Origin: Phyllobates terribilis
Taxonomy: Eukaryota
Assembly (NCBI RefSeq): GCF_046119375.1
Contig: NW_027362769.1
Span: forward strand, 362,390,001-362,454,000
Reading direction: 5' to 3'
Length of the DNA stretch: 64,000 bases
Position 1 is the first letter of the stretch, and the number at the start of each line of letters is the position of its first letter. Below, piece by piece: positions 50,564 to 63,800 of the stretch. The notes below the pieces were generated by a model. The model had not been told where the DNA came from, ran no database searches, and saw only the letters and a program-made list of their open reading frames with translations. The position numbers were made by a program, and so were the translations under genes.

Positions 50564-53500
50564 ATGGGCAAGGCGCGTGGCAAGAGACGTGGAACTGGAC
50601 GTTCTGGTCATGGTGCGTGCAGAGGACAGGGCCGTGGCCAAGGTGAAAATGTGCCACAACCAACAGCCACATCTTCTCGCTCCCACTTCTTGACCGAATT
50701 ACTAGGAAAACACAGAACAACACCAGTATTGCGAACTGATCAGTGTGAACAGGTTATTAATTGGATAGCAGATAATAATTCCAGCTACCTGGGTGTAGCA
50801 CCCCGAGGACTCGGCTGCTACAGGGGTATTGCACCTCGAACCAGAGGTGTGGTATTCCACTCCCGGGTAAGGATGGAGTGTGGAACAGAGCTCAGTTAGC
50901 TGCATGCACCACATACACCCCATTTCCGGGGGACAGAACAACGGTACTCCCACCAGATAGATGTGCAGGTACGACAGCGTCTGTCCCTGGCTGGAGTGGG
51001 GGGGGGGGAACATCCCAGTGGTGTAGGAGCAGACAGGGGAGGGACTCTGGGCATAGGTAGGAGCCCATTGGTTGCATTGTCACCAGGGCTCGGGTGTCAG
51101 AGGGAGTATAAAAGGTGGGCACCATCTTAGGACAGCAGTCAGTTCAGTCTGAGGAGAAGCTGAGAGAGAGTTCAGCCAGAGAGGGCTGACAGGGAGCTGT
51201 GGCTCCGTCTGGGCCCAGCTCCAGAGCTAGGCCTGAAGCAGAGAGGAGAGAGGAGGAAGAGGAGAAACACAAAGAAAGGCCCAGAGACGCAAGCATAGAG
51301 GGAACCCTGAGATCCCACAAGAGAACGAAAATGGGTGAAGGGTTGGCAGAACAGGGTACCGGATCCCAAACTGGTGGAGGCCAATTATCCTCAGCCAGGA
51401 ACCGGAGGTCGTGGACAAGTTTTGGCGCGACCCCTCGCCACATCCACCAGGAAGGCAAACCACGTATAGGGTCAGGGAAGCCGGGAAAGGTTTCACCACC
51501 AGAAGGCCTGAGGGAGCCGGACAAAGGTGGATCCCTGGTGGGGACGGCCAGTAGGAAGGAAGAGAGGGGAGCCCTGGACCACGCTCTGGAATTGCCTGGG
51601 AGTTGGCCGAGTCCCGCACCTGGTGGACGCAGCATGACTCGGGTGGTCCTTACTGTGCACAAGCGACCTGATAAAGAACCGTGAGTAAAGCTTTTGAAAC
51701 TTCACTACCAGACTCCGTGTTTCGTCGTCGTACCTGCACCACCAGTACTGGGACATCCGCACCATCACCCCCATCATCAACTCTACAATAGCTGCCCTGA
51801 GGCAATACTCCTCCCGTGGGGAGTCGTTCCATTCTCAGCTGCACCAACAACACCAGCCTCGGCGGTCTGCTCTGCAGCGGCGGTCTCATGACCGCAATCC
51901 ACGGGTGGCGTAGTCGAACATTCTAACATCTACTGCTAAATACTGCCACTCAGTTTGACTCCCTGGGCACGGACCGGGTCACCGCCACGAGACTACTACC
52001 CCTATCTGATCCGGCTCCGGGTAAGCCCCCGTGCGCGCGATGCCGCACGACTCAGGCCCAGGGGCGCGTCATGGGCACCACCACCTCCGGTCTGTCTTCC
52101 ACACGGTCAACTCTTAGTAGCCGTGAGTCTCGACCGCATACTCCTCCTCACTCTAATGCTCCTTCCTCCCACCATGCCGAGTGTTGACAGAGAGCAATTG
52201 ATCCCACACTTGGACACTCTGAAGAGCTGTTCACTGGTCCATTTCCATATTTGTACCCCTCGCCTGCTACTCTTGAAGTGGTGGAAGAGGAGATCCCATG
52301 TAGCGTTGCCCAAATATTTGAACAGCCACGGGCACAGGAAGTCGACGCTGTCAATTTGTCACAAGAGGTGGACGATGACGAGACACAAATGCCAGGAAGT
52401 GAGGAGGAGCATCGTGGTGCGCAAGTGGAAGAGGAGGAGGTGGTGGATGATCTAGTAACTGACCCAATGTGGCAGGAGGACATGCAGAGTGAGGCCAGCA
52501 GCACACAGGGGGAGGGAGGCAGAGTACTCCAACAGGCAGGAAGAAGCAGTGTGGTGGACGCAGACAAAAGGCGGGCAAACGTTCCCCGTAACACCATCAC
52601 GAGGGACGTTGCCAGTACAAGCGGTAGGTCTTCCAGAGTCTGGAATTTTTTTAAAGACTCTGCTGATAACCCCAAAAAGGCCATTTGTACCACATGCCAT
52701 GCCAGCATCAGCAGGGGTGATAAAACTACCAGCCTGACCACCACCAGCATGATCAGGCACATGGCAGCAAAGCACCCGACTTTGTGGGGCGAAACCCAGG
52801 GTCCACGACCAGTATCAGCGGGTGACACCACTGCTTCTTCCGCTGTTGTGCGTGCAATAGAACCCCCTGTTGTGTGTGCAAGGCAATCCCCTCTCCATAC
52901 TGCATGTAAAGATGCCCCCTCCTCTCAGTCTTCACTTGTTATGGCAGGTTCTCAAGAAACAGCATCCACGTCCACGTCCCACCGCAGCGTTCAAATGTCC
53001 ATATCCCAGACCTTTGAATAAAAGTGGAAATTCGCATCTAACGCCCAACAGGCCACAGTCCTAAATTCGCACATTTCACGACTGCTTGCGTTGGAAATGC
53101 TGCCTTTTAGGCTGGTGGAGACGGAATCCTTCCGCAACCTTATGGCGGTGGCCGTCCCTCGGTACTCGGTCCCCAGCCGACACTGTTTTGCCCGGTGTGC
53201 TATCCCCGCACTACACAAGCACGTGTCCCAAAACATCTGCCGTGCCCTCAACAACGCAGTTACTGGGAGAGTCCACCTGACAACGGACACATGGACAAGT
53301 GCTTGTGGCCAGGGACGGTATATCTCCCTGACGGCACACTGGGTAAACATAGTGGAAGCCGGGACCCAGTCAGATCTTGGGACGGAACACATCCTCCCCA
53401 CACCGAGGATTGTGGGCCCTATGTCAGTCAGAGTTGCCCCCACAGTGTACAGCTCCTGCGCATCATCCTCCTCCTCCTCCTCATGTCCACCCTCTATCTC

Positions 53501-55193
53501 AGATATCACCATATCAGTTACAAGCTTGAAGCACTGCAGTACTGCCTCCGCCAAGCGGCAACAGGCTGTGCTGAAACTCATAAGCTTAGGTGATAAACCT
53601 CACACTGCTTGTGAGTTTTGGACAGCTGTTAAAGAGCATGCAGATCTGTGGCTGAGACCGCTGAACCTACATCCAGGCATGGTCGTGTGTGACAATGGCA
53701 GTAACCTGGTGGCGGCTCTGAGGCGAGGCGAGATCACACACGTACCATGCCTGGCTCATTTGATTAACCTCGTGGTTTAGCGATTTCTTAAATCGTACTC
53801 CGAGTTGCCAGATCTGCTCGTGAAAGTACGCCGCCTGTCAGCTCATTTTCGCAAGTCGGCTACAGCTTCCGCTGCCCTTGCTGTGTTGCAGTAGCGTTTG
53901 CAGCTTCCGGCCCACCGACTGGTGTGTGATGTCCCCACACGTTGGAACTCTACCCTCCACATGTTGCAAAGGATTTGTGAGCAGAAGAGAGCAGTTGTGG
54001 GGTACCAGCTGCAACAAGGCCGTCGATATTCAGGTCAGACTCCACACATAAGACCTCAGGAGGGGACCTGGATGTCTGACATATGTACCATCCTGACAAA
54101 CTTTGAGGAGGCCACCAAGATGGTGAGTGGCGATGATGCCATCATTAGTGTCAGCATCCCACTTGTCTGTCTTTTGCAACGCTCTCTGCAGAGAATTAAA
54201 GAGGAGGCATTGCAGCCAGAGTATGATGAGATGGATCAAGAAGCTGTAGTGGGCGATTACACACAGCCCAGCCTCATCTCATCCCAACGTGCATTGGGGG
54301 ACAATGAGGGAGAGGAGGAGGAGGAGGAAGAACAGGAGCTGAAATCATGTGCTGTAAACGGTAGTACCTGTACAAGTGTCATACCGTCGGTTCAGCGTGG
54401 GTGGCCTGAGGATAGGGGGGAGGAGGAGGAGGAGGAGAGCATGGTCAGTCGTCATCTTGGTGAGGACACGGAAATGTTGCCCGTTACCAGTCTGGCACGC
54501 ATGGCTGACTTTTTGTTACGCTGCCTTAACCGTGACCCTCGCGTTGTCAAAATGTTGGGTGACAGTCATTACTGGTTGGTGACACTTGTAGACCCCCGCT
54601 ACAAGGAGAACTTTCACTCTCTTATTCCTGAGGTGGAGAGGTCTACAAAAATGGGCCAGTACCAGATGGCCCTTGCTGCAGAACTGTTTAAAAAATTCCC
54701 ATCTGAACACGATAGCGACAGAGGTCACAGTTCGTTGACCAACCAAAGCGTACAAGCGAGAGAGAGGCATCTCCAATCCAACAGAGGCAGGGGAACACGG
54801 TCAACGTTCTGGGACAGTTTTCTAAGACCCTCCCTAAGGACAGACCCTGAGGCGTGGGGTATTCTGACAAGGAGTGGAAAGTTTCAAAAGATGGTGAGGG
54901 AGTACCTTGCCGACCGTACCAGCGTCCTCCGTGATTCCTCTGTGCCTTTTAATTATTGGGTATCCAAGCTGGACACTTGGAATGAACTTGCTCTGTACGC
55001 CTTGGATGTCCTGGCCTGCCCTGCCTCTAGCGTGTTATCGGAGCGTGTTTTTAGTGCCCCTGGGGGAATTATAACTGATAAGCGCACTCGTCTGTCAACT
55101 GACAATGCTGACAAGCTGACTCTTATCAAAATGAACAAGGGCTGGATTGGGCCAGACTTCTCATCACCACTAAATGACAGCAGAGTAACATAA
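50564..55193 (+). pseudogene. Second hAT transposase, inactivated by a solo LTR and in-frame nonsense codons
   Basis: MGKARGKRRG...NNSSYLG | TTTSGL... joins across the TGGG TSD. BED finger VWNFF...ICTTC...MIRHMAAKH; LTTDTW; VCDNGSNL; CLAH; VLSERVFS. Stops at ~52183, 53021, 53780 and ~53892, all in one frame. Confidence 0.93.
50794..52071 (+). mobile_element. Solo LTR, 1278 bp, same family as 34211-35391
   Basis: TGTAGCACC...GCGTCA; 4-bp TSD TGGG at 50790-50793 and 52072-52075. Confidence 0.93.
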
Positions 55194-55404
55194 AGTCAAA
55201 TCCACTGTGTTATTTTGGGAGGTGTATTCACATGCACCGCTTCACTCCCACACATGGTTATACGCTTCCTCATTTCTGCTGTTTTATGTTCTTCTCCTTA
55301 TCCTCAGCCTCCACCACCACTATAACACCAGGGTGACCGTGGTCCGTGTTGCCATTATTGAAATGTTGTTTTAATTAACTCTAACCTCTACGACTCTTCG
55401 AACA

Positions 55405-56385
55405 GGAATTGCATTTCCTCCTTATTTTTGTCAGCTTTTGCTTGGAAGGCATAAGCAAAGACTGTGGGAGACCCACTCCCCAATAATGGGAATAATATTT
55501 TTAAGATGCTGTACTGTATGGCTCTTGTAAGGGGCATTAAAAGCATCTTATTATACCACTCTGACCTCCACGTTTCTTGTAAGGGGCATTAAAACCGTCT
55601 TGTTAAGCCACTGGGACCTCCACGAGTCTTCGAACGGGCATTGCAAATCCTCCTTATTTTTGGAAGCTTTTGCTTGGAAGGCATAAGCAAATACTATGGG
55701 AGACCCACTCCCCAATAATGGGACTTATGTTTGTAATATGCTGTACTGCATGGCTCTTGTAAGGGGCATAGCAAGTTGCTCCGTCCTAATTTTTTGAAGA
55801 TTTTGCTTGGAAGGCTTAAGCAAATACTATGGGAGACCCACTCCCCAATAATGCGACTTATGTTTGTAATATGCTGTACTGCATGGCTCTTGTAAGGGGT
55901 ATTGCAGTTGCTCCGTCCTAAGTTTTGGAGGCTGTTGCTTTCTAAAGCATAAGCAAATGCTATGGGAGGCCCACTTCCCAATAATGTGACTTATGTTTGT
56001 AATATGCTGTACTGCATGGCTCTTGTAAGGGGCATTGCAGTTGCTCCGTCCTAAGTTTTGGAAGCTTTTGCTTGGAAGGCATAAGCAAATACTATAGGAG
56101 ACCCACTCCCCAATAATGGGACTTATGTTTGTAATATGCTGTACTGCATGGCTCTTGTAAGGGGCATTGCAGTTGCTCCGTCCTAATTTTTTGAAGCTTT
56201 TGCTTGGAAGGCATAAGCAAAGACTATGGGACACCCACTCCCCAATAATGGGACTTATGTTTGTAATATGCTGTACTGCATGGCTCTTGTAAGGGGCATT
56301 GCAAGTTGCTCCGTCCTAATTTTTGGAAGCTTTTGCTTGGAAGGCATAAGCAAATACTATGGGAGACCCTCTCCCCAATAATGAG
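55405..56385. repeat. 132/133-bp tandem array in the hAT 3' region, including two 52-bp satellite-like monomers (~55523-55640)
   Basis: The ggagacccactcccc motif recurs at 55699, 55832, 55965, 56097, 56229 and 56362. aggggcattaaaaccgtcttgttaagccactgggacctccacg at ~55582 matches the 52-bp satellite. Confidence 0.93.
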
Positions 56386-57385
56386 GAACCAGGAAGATCC
56401 AGCTGAACAAATCTTCTAAAATCCATATTTTATTGGTCATGCAAAAAATATTAAAAGTCCACCTTGGAGAGGAACAGCAACGCGTTTCGAACTATAAGTT
56501 CTTAATCATTGCATAGCAAAAAAACAGCAAGGAAGTGGTATTTATATGTCATGTCCTGCTATGCACCTGTTCTAAGCTATGTTAATCAAAAATTTAAACA
56601 CACATACCATATTAAAACCGTATAGCATAGAAACAATGCATATAAATGTGAATAATCCAAGAGAAAAAAAAAAAAAAAGGAACATAAACATAATAATCTA
56701 TAAATAATCACTCATAATGATACATCAAATCATGTCTGATATTTAAACCTGCTGGTACACGTGTATTTAAAGTATAAATCCACCAACTTTCTCTATTAAG
56801 GAGTTTTCTCCTATGATCACCCCCTCTATGAGGTTTCAACACTTTTTATATGCCCGTTACTATTAATGTTGAAGTATCTCCATTCTGGCATAACGAAAAA
56901 TGTCTTGATGCTGCAGAACACCTGATACTTAATTTATTATGTGCATCTGATAAATGCCGTCTGATGCGTTTTTTCAAGGGAGTACACGTACATCCCACGT
57001 ATTGGAGACAGCACGCACTGCATGAAATAATATATATGACATAAGTAGTGTTACAATTAATAACATTTTTTATGTTATATTTTATATTGGTAGAAAAAGA
57101 TGTAAAAGTTGCTGCATTTTTAACATGGCTGCAGCAAGTGCAAATGGAGTGACCACATTTATAAAAACCAGTTGTGTGTAGCCAGGTACTAGAATTAGAA
57201 GGATCTTGTTTGAGAAAAAGACTAGGGGATAAAAGATCACCCAAAGTGGGTGCCTTATGAGCTGTGAACCTAACTGGTGTTAGTAGTACTTCTCTCAATT
57301 TGGGATCTGTAGAAAGCATAGGAAGATATTTGTTAATAATATTTTTGATCATAGAAAATTGGGGGCTATACTGAGTTACTGTTAG
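56383..57385 (-). mobile_element. Penelope-like element, 3' segment (GIY-YIG endonuclease and 3' terminal repeat)
   Basis: CGHSICTCC...INCNTTYVIYIISCSACCLQYVG.T...LKKRIRRH; hammerhead-like GAAACGCGTT motif at ~56480; AATAAA at 56429-56434 on the minus strand. Confidence 0.9.
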
Positions 57386-57389
57386 TAAA

Positions 57390-58382
57390 TTTGCAAGAGC
57401 ACTGACTTTACGTTGTCATTTTTTTGAAGACCCAACTGATTCAATGAGTATAGATCAGAACCAGGGACAATTTAATTCGGAGACTTCAGAAATACCGAAC
57501 ATAGGGACTTATGAAGAACAAAAATCCCTTTTTGATCTACAATTATTACAGTCGGAGAATATACAGGACTGCACTAATTTGAATCATAAATATACCATCA
57601 AGAATCCTTACTACTATCCACTTCAATCAAGACCGGCTGTTCTACATGACTTTCAGGAAGCTGTTGAAAGGGACTTGCATTCTCTAAAACAATCTCTAAA
57701 ACATGAAGGGAGACTGGCTTCCAATTTGACTAAACTGGAAAGAGATGCTATCATGGATATTAAAAATAATAACGATCTTATAGTGAGACCAGCAGATAAA
57801 GGAGGAGCAGTGGTACTCCTAGATGGAGGCCTATATGAGAAAATGAATCTAGATATGTTACAGGACAGCAATACCTATGAAGCACTACCAAATGACCCTA
57901 CATTTAAGATTAAAAAAGAATTAGAAAATTTATTAGCCTATGGTATACAATTGGGAGTCATCAATGATAAATTAGCAGAGGATCTTTTGGTTAAATGTCC
58001 TATTACTCCCATATATCATTCCCTTCCTAAAATACATAAAGGTATTTTTCCCCCACCCTTCCGCCCAATAGTGGCAGGTATTGGTAGTTTAAATGAAAAA
58101 CTCAGTATGTGGGTCGATATATTCCTACAACCTTTAGTCAAACAATTACCTGGTTACATTAAAGATACTAAACATCTTATAGCATCTCTTGATAATACTG
58201 AAAGGGTGAATTCATCCCTTTGGCTCTCATGTGATGTCATAGGTCTTTATCCGTGTATACCACACACATTAATGATCTCCATATTATCATACCATCTCCA
58301 TACTTATAGCACTTATAGTGAAGATTTACAACGGTTTTTGGTGTTTTCAGTCGAATATTTACTCAGCCACAACTATTTTTCC
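57390..58382 (+). mobile_element. Penelope-like element, N-terminal RT segment in the opposite orientation
   Basis: SNLTKLERDAI...VRPADKGGAVVLLD...PKIHK...RPIVAGIGS...YIKDT...CDVIGLYPCIPH...LLSHNYF, then a switch to the L1 5' end. Confidence 0.9.
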
Positions 58383-59365
58383 GGGGGCGTGGCCTGGAGC
58401 TCATGGAGAGAGGACGTGTGTAGCTGAAGCTCTTGCCATCCAGCCTTAAACCTACAGGATTTGACCCCTTATAGGGGTTTGGTTCCCACCACAACGACAG
58501 ATCATCGTCTGGGATGTCCTCCTGATCCCTTTGGATCCTTTGGATACCACTTATATCCTGATTTAACCCACCGCGTCCCATCCGCAGTTGTAACAGTAGC
58601 CCTGCTGCTGTCGGACCATTACCTCATTGCCCTTAATATACTGAAGGATTACTGTTATCCATTATACTATCTCCATTATCCTGGAAGCCTCCTAACACCT
58701 GGAAGATACCGGAGTTACACAGATTGGGCCGCCCGCCATTTGACGCGATTATCCAGAGCCTGGAGTGAAGATCACAAAATGGCGGCGGCGATTTACCTCA
58801 GCACTACACTGCTGTGATTCTGACAGGAGTCTGTCAAATAATCTCTGAACTGGACTCTGGAAAATTCTTATTTCACGGATTGTATGCATTTATATATCTG
58901 CTGAACTTCTACTCTAAAACCACTGAAAAAGGAATCTGGACTCCTCAACCCTTAGATGATCACAAACAGGATCGACCTCTCACTGAAGCCTTGGATTAGG
59001 TCTTATATTGTGATAGTCATTCTCACTTCTTCTCTATCTTAACTCTTTCCTGTTCTTATTCCTCTGTAAAGTAATTAATACAACTGTTTGCCTTAACTGC
59101 CCATTGCACATATAGCTTGATAATTTGCCATTGCTTAGTATAAAACGATTTTCCTATACTATATCTGGGGTATTGTTACTAGTGTTGTACTTTTGTGTTA
59201 TTGAGTAATTGTTTATCTAAATTTACCACCTGAGACTTACTCTCCTATTTACTCATTTGATCATCCTTGTCTTACTGTGTAACTGATAAGTAGTATAGAC
59301 ATATTTGCATATATCTACAATATATCAATGTAAACTCTAATATTTGGGAAGGCTCTCTGAAAACC

Positions 59366-60467
59366 ATGGCGTCCCAGAAATCCAAGCTAGATAAATCCAA
59401 ACCCACTTATAAAGACTCAGCTCAACTAGGAAACCCACATAGGAATAGATCTAGATCCCCTACTAAACAGAGTGATAATGACTCAAGGTCAAGGGATCGA
59501 GGCATGAAATCTGATGACTCCACAAATCCAGAATTTGATCCCCAGAAACAAAGGAGAGAAAAGAGGAAGGAGTCGGCCTCTAAACTAGCATCTGCACAAA
59601 AACCGACAGTGCACGAGAGTTCTGACTCAGATGAAGACTCGTCCCTTATAACTAGTCCTCCTAAGCAACGGATAAGGACAGACAGCCCTCCGTCTTTAGA
59701 AGTTACGGACCCGTTGCAGAATTTTGATTGGAAACAGCCAATTGACCAATCATTTTTTAAAGGGATATTCTCTGCCTTCAAGGAGTCCCTTCGCATTGAC
59801 TTCGACACTAGGTATGATAAACTTCAGAAACAAATCGACTCAGTTACCAACAAAATAGATAAGACTGAGTCTGAGATCTTTGAATTGGAGCAAAAAAATA
59901 ACAGACTAGAAAAAGAGTACCACCTCCTCAAGGAGGAATTTAGAACAGTAATAAATAAGCTCACTGACCTGGAGGACAGAGGTAGACGACAGAACTTAAA
60001 ATTCAGAGCTATACCAGAGTCTGTCAAATCTGACCAACTTGCCCCCTACATCAAAAATTTGATTAGAACGGCAATTCCATCTTTATCTGACCTAGAAGTA
60101 ACACTGGACAGGACACATCGGCTTCCTAAGCCTAAACACCTGAAACCTGATGTCCCAAGGGACGTTATCACTAAGTTCCATTTTTACCAGACTAAAGAGC
60201 AGCTCATGGAGTTTCTTAGGCACAAAAAATCCTTCCCTAAACCATACGACTCCATCAAGATATTTGCTGACTTGTCGAGAGAGACAATGACCCAACGTAA
60301 AAACCTAACAAAGGTCACCGACGTATTACGAAATAATCAGATCCCCTATAAATGGGGATTCAACCCCCACAAAGGTCCTGTTTTACCACCAGGGGAAAAA
60401 TTACAGTATTTCTGACATTGCGGATGGGGGTAAACTCTTCAGGGACCTAGGAATTAACATCACCTGA
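59366..60467 (+). pseudogene. L1 ORF1p (coiled coil, RRM, CTD) with a 4-nt frameshifting insertion near 60362
   Basis: LTDLEDRGRRQNLKFRAIPESV, LDRTHRLPKP, PRDVI, IFADLSRET, IPYKWGF. Removing aacc restores FPTKVLFYHQGK...INIT* ending at 60467. Confidence 0.88.
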
Positions 60468-60802
60468 CGTTCCAATCTAATTAATGGGCTGAGGTATTAG
60501 GCCATAACTTTAGTCCCGCCTAGGAGGTCATCATCGAAACGTTAGTCCCTCCTTGTTTGGAACTTGGTATTTAGTTACTGGACTTAGACCTGTATTGAGG
60601 TATTTTATCACTCAAGTTAAGTTTTTTTTTTTTTTTTTTATTATTTAATTTCTATCTTTGTCTAAGGTTGTAGACTTGATCTGATTTATATTCTTTCTGG
60701 ACATTTTATAGTTAATTTTTGAAAACATGCTTTGGAAAAAACAATGGACGATTTTATTTCACCAAATATTGAGCTTTTACCATTGCTTGTACAGTATAAG
60801 TC

Positions 60803-63800
60803 ATGTCACTTAGATTTCTAACACATAATGTCAATGGCCTCAATACTCCACAGCGCCGTTTCTTTGCCTGGAAGACAATTAAGGACTATAATGCTGATAT
60901 AGTAGCTCTCCAGGAAACTAAATTCTCCTCTGTCAAGCCACCCCATTTCGCTCATAAAGAATTCCAAAATATATTTTACGCCAATAATATCAAGAAAAAG
61001 TGGGGAGTAGCCCTGTTAATCAAAAATTCTGTCTCGTTTGAATTAATCTCAAGCCTTAAAGATCCAAATGGGAGGTATATTATATTAATCTGCAAACTGA
61101 ACCACGAAATTTTTACCCTCGCTAATGTATATGTACCCAACCAAGGCCAAATATCCTTCCTGAATAAAATAATGCGTACTATTACCCAAAATAAACAAGG
61201 TGATTTAATTCTCTTCGGAGACTTTAACATTGTACCAAATTCTCTCCTGGACTCTTCTAACAAGTCAAGGCGTCAATCTTCTTCACTAGGCCCATGGTTG
61301 CTCAAAATGGATTTATACGACGTTTTTAGGTGCCTTCATTCGTCTTCCCTGGAATTCACTCATTACTCTGGTACTCACAATTCCCACTCTAGGATAGATC
61401 TAATTCTCACTAACATATTCTCACTTCCTAAATTTAAAAATATACTAATAGCACCCAGAGTGTGGTCAGATCACTCACCTGTAATATTCGAAGTAACAAA
61501 CCCCCAAAATACCATTGTAGAAAAAATCTGGCGTAATAATAGTTTCCTCTATAACCATCCTGTCTACAAAAAAGAAATCGACAAAGCCATCCAGAACTAC
61601 TTCAATGAGAATGACACTGATGATATCTCTATATTCACACTTTGGTCGGCCTTCAAGGCAGTACTTAGAGGCAAGCTTATACAATTAAATTCACAACTAA
61701 ACAAATCTAATAGAGAAAAAACTCAAAAATTAGTTCATGAAATTTATGCTTTAGAGCAAAAACAAGTCTCCAATCCTTCATTTGACTATTCAAAAGATAT
61801 CCTTAAATTGAGAACAAACCTTAAATCTCTCCTGACCACCGAGTACTATTTCTCTGCTGACAAACCATCGAAACTGCTTGCAGCTAAGATTAGACATTAC
61901 AAAACTAAGTCACGTATTAGCGAGATTAGAGACCCCCTAGGCCATTCCTATAACCATCCTAAAGATATAGTCAAAGTTTTTGCAAATTTTTATAATTCCC
62001 TATATAACCTAAAAGATGATCCAAGCTTCTCAAAACCTTCTGATTCAGACATTAATAATTATTTACACAAACTACATTTACCCACACTAACCGACCAAGA
62101 CCTACAAGATTTGAACCTCCCATATTTACCGAAAGAGATTTCGGGAGTAATCAAAGGACTTAAACTGGGCAAATCTCCAGGCCCCGATGGACTACAGAAT
62201 GAGCTATATAAAACTTTTGAAACTCGTTTAGTTCCCTACCTAACCAAATTAGCCAACCATACAACACAACAGGCCTATCTTCCTCAGGATATGCTTGAAG
62301 CGATAATAACCATAATCCCAAAAGAAAAAGGTGACCCACTCGACACAAAGAACTATAGGCCCATATCCCTCCTAAATTCGGATACAAAAATTTTAGCGAA
62401 GTTGGCTGCGGAAAGATTAAAAATTCATATCGGTAAATTGGTGCATGAGGATCAGGCGGGTTTTATTCCTGGCAGAAATACTGCCGATGCCACCAGAAGA
62501 GCAGTCAATCTCATTACCCTAGTTGAGCGTGCCAATCTTCCTTCGGCCTTCCTTGCACTGGATGCAGAGAAGGCTTTCGACAGGGTCTACTGGCCATTCC
62601 TATTTAACACACTACAAAAATTTGGTCTCAAGGGTAATATTCTCAACCTAATTAAGTCAATGTATTCTGCTCAATCAGCTCGTGTCTATTCCAATAGTTC
62701 TTTGTCACAAAGATTTTCCCTGTCTAATGGCACTAGACAGGGGTGCCCTCTTTCCCCCATTCTTTTTGCCCTGTTTATAGAGCCATTTGCCTCTTCTATT
62801 AGAGAAAACATTAACATTACTGGCATCCCTGTCAATACTAAGCAAAGCAAAATAGCCCTATTTGCGGATGATATTTTACTTACCATCTCAAATCCCCTTA
62901 AGTCCCTGAGGCATATTACCACCACAATTGACGAATTCTCACACCTATCACTACAAAGTTAATAAGTCTAAATCTCAAATAATTGACTTTAACATAGAAA
63001 ACACATTTCTACAATACCTAAAAAAAGAATTTGAGTACATATGGGAGGAGAAGAAAATTATATATCTGGGAATTAAGTTGACTAAACCTTCTTCAGATCT
63101 AGTCTCAGAAAATTTGACCACACTATTCAACACTTTTCATTTAGATTACATTCGCCTGGCTAAGCTAGAAATCTCATGGCTAGGTAGAATTGAAGCGTTC
63201 AAGATGCTCTTACTCCCAAAATTTATTTATGTCATAAGATCTATTCCCATTTTTAAACCAAAACAATGGTTCAAGAAACTACAATCTCAACTTATGAAAT
63301 ATATTTGAAACCATAAAAAGGCAAGAATCCCTACCCTCTCATTATTAAAACATAAAAAGATGGGAGGACTGGGTGTTCCCAATTTATATAATTATTATCT
63401 GGCCACCACATTAAAGCTTTCTCAGGGATGGTTAATTGAATCTAATAACACATCCTGGATCAACATAGAGACGTCAGCTGCTAAAACTGAACAATTAAGG
63501 TCCCTAATTCTCGCCCACCTTATTGAGCCTTCTAGGCCCCCGCCAAACTACCCCACCTTAAAAGCCGTTATTCTGGCCTGGAGAGACTTGGTAAACAAAT
63601 CCTCTACACACTTCCCTTTAATTAAAATTAAAAATATCCCTTTGGTTGTACTAGAAATCTTAATTACAAACCTCGACCTGTCGACCTGGCTAGATAAAGG
63701 CATAAATACTGTTAATGACCTCATTTCTGATGATACCCTCTTACCCTTTTACACATTACAAACTAGATACTCTCTCTCAAGAGATGAGAGGACGAATTGG

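Noticed and set aside
55694-56234. 95- and 135-aa ORFs
   Set aside because: These are translations of the 132/133-bp tandem array.
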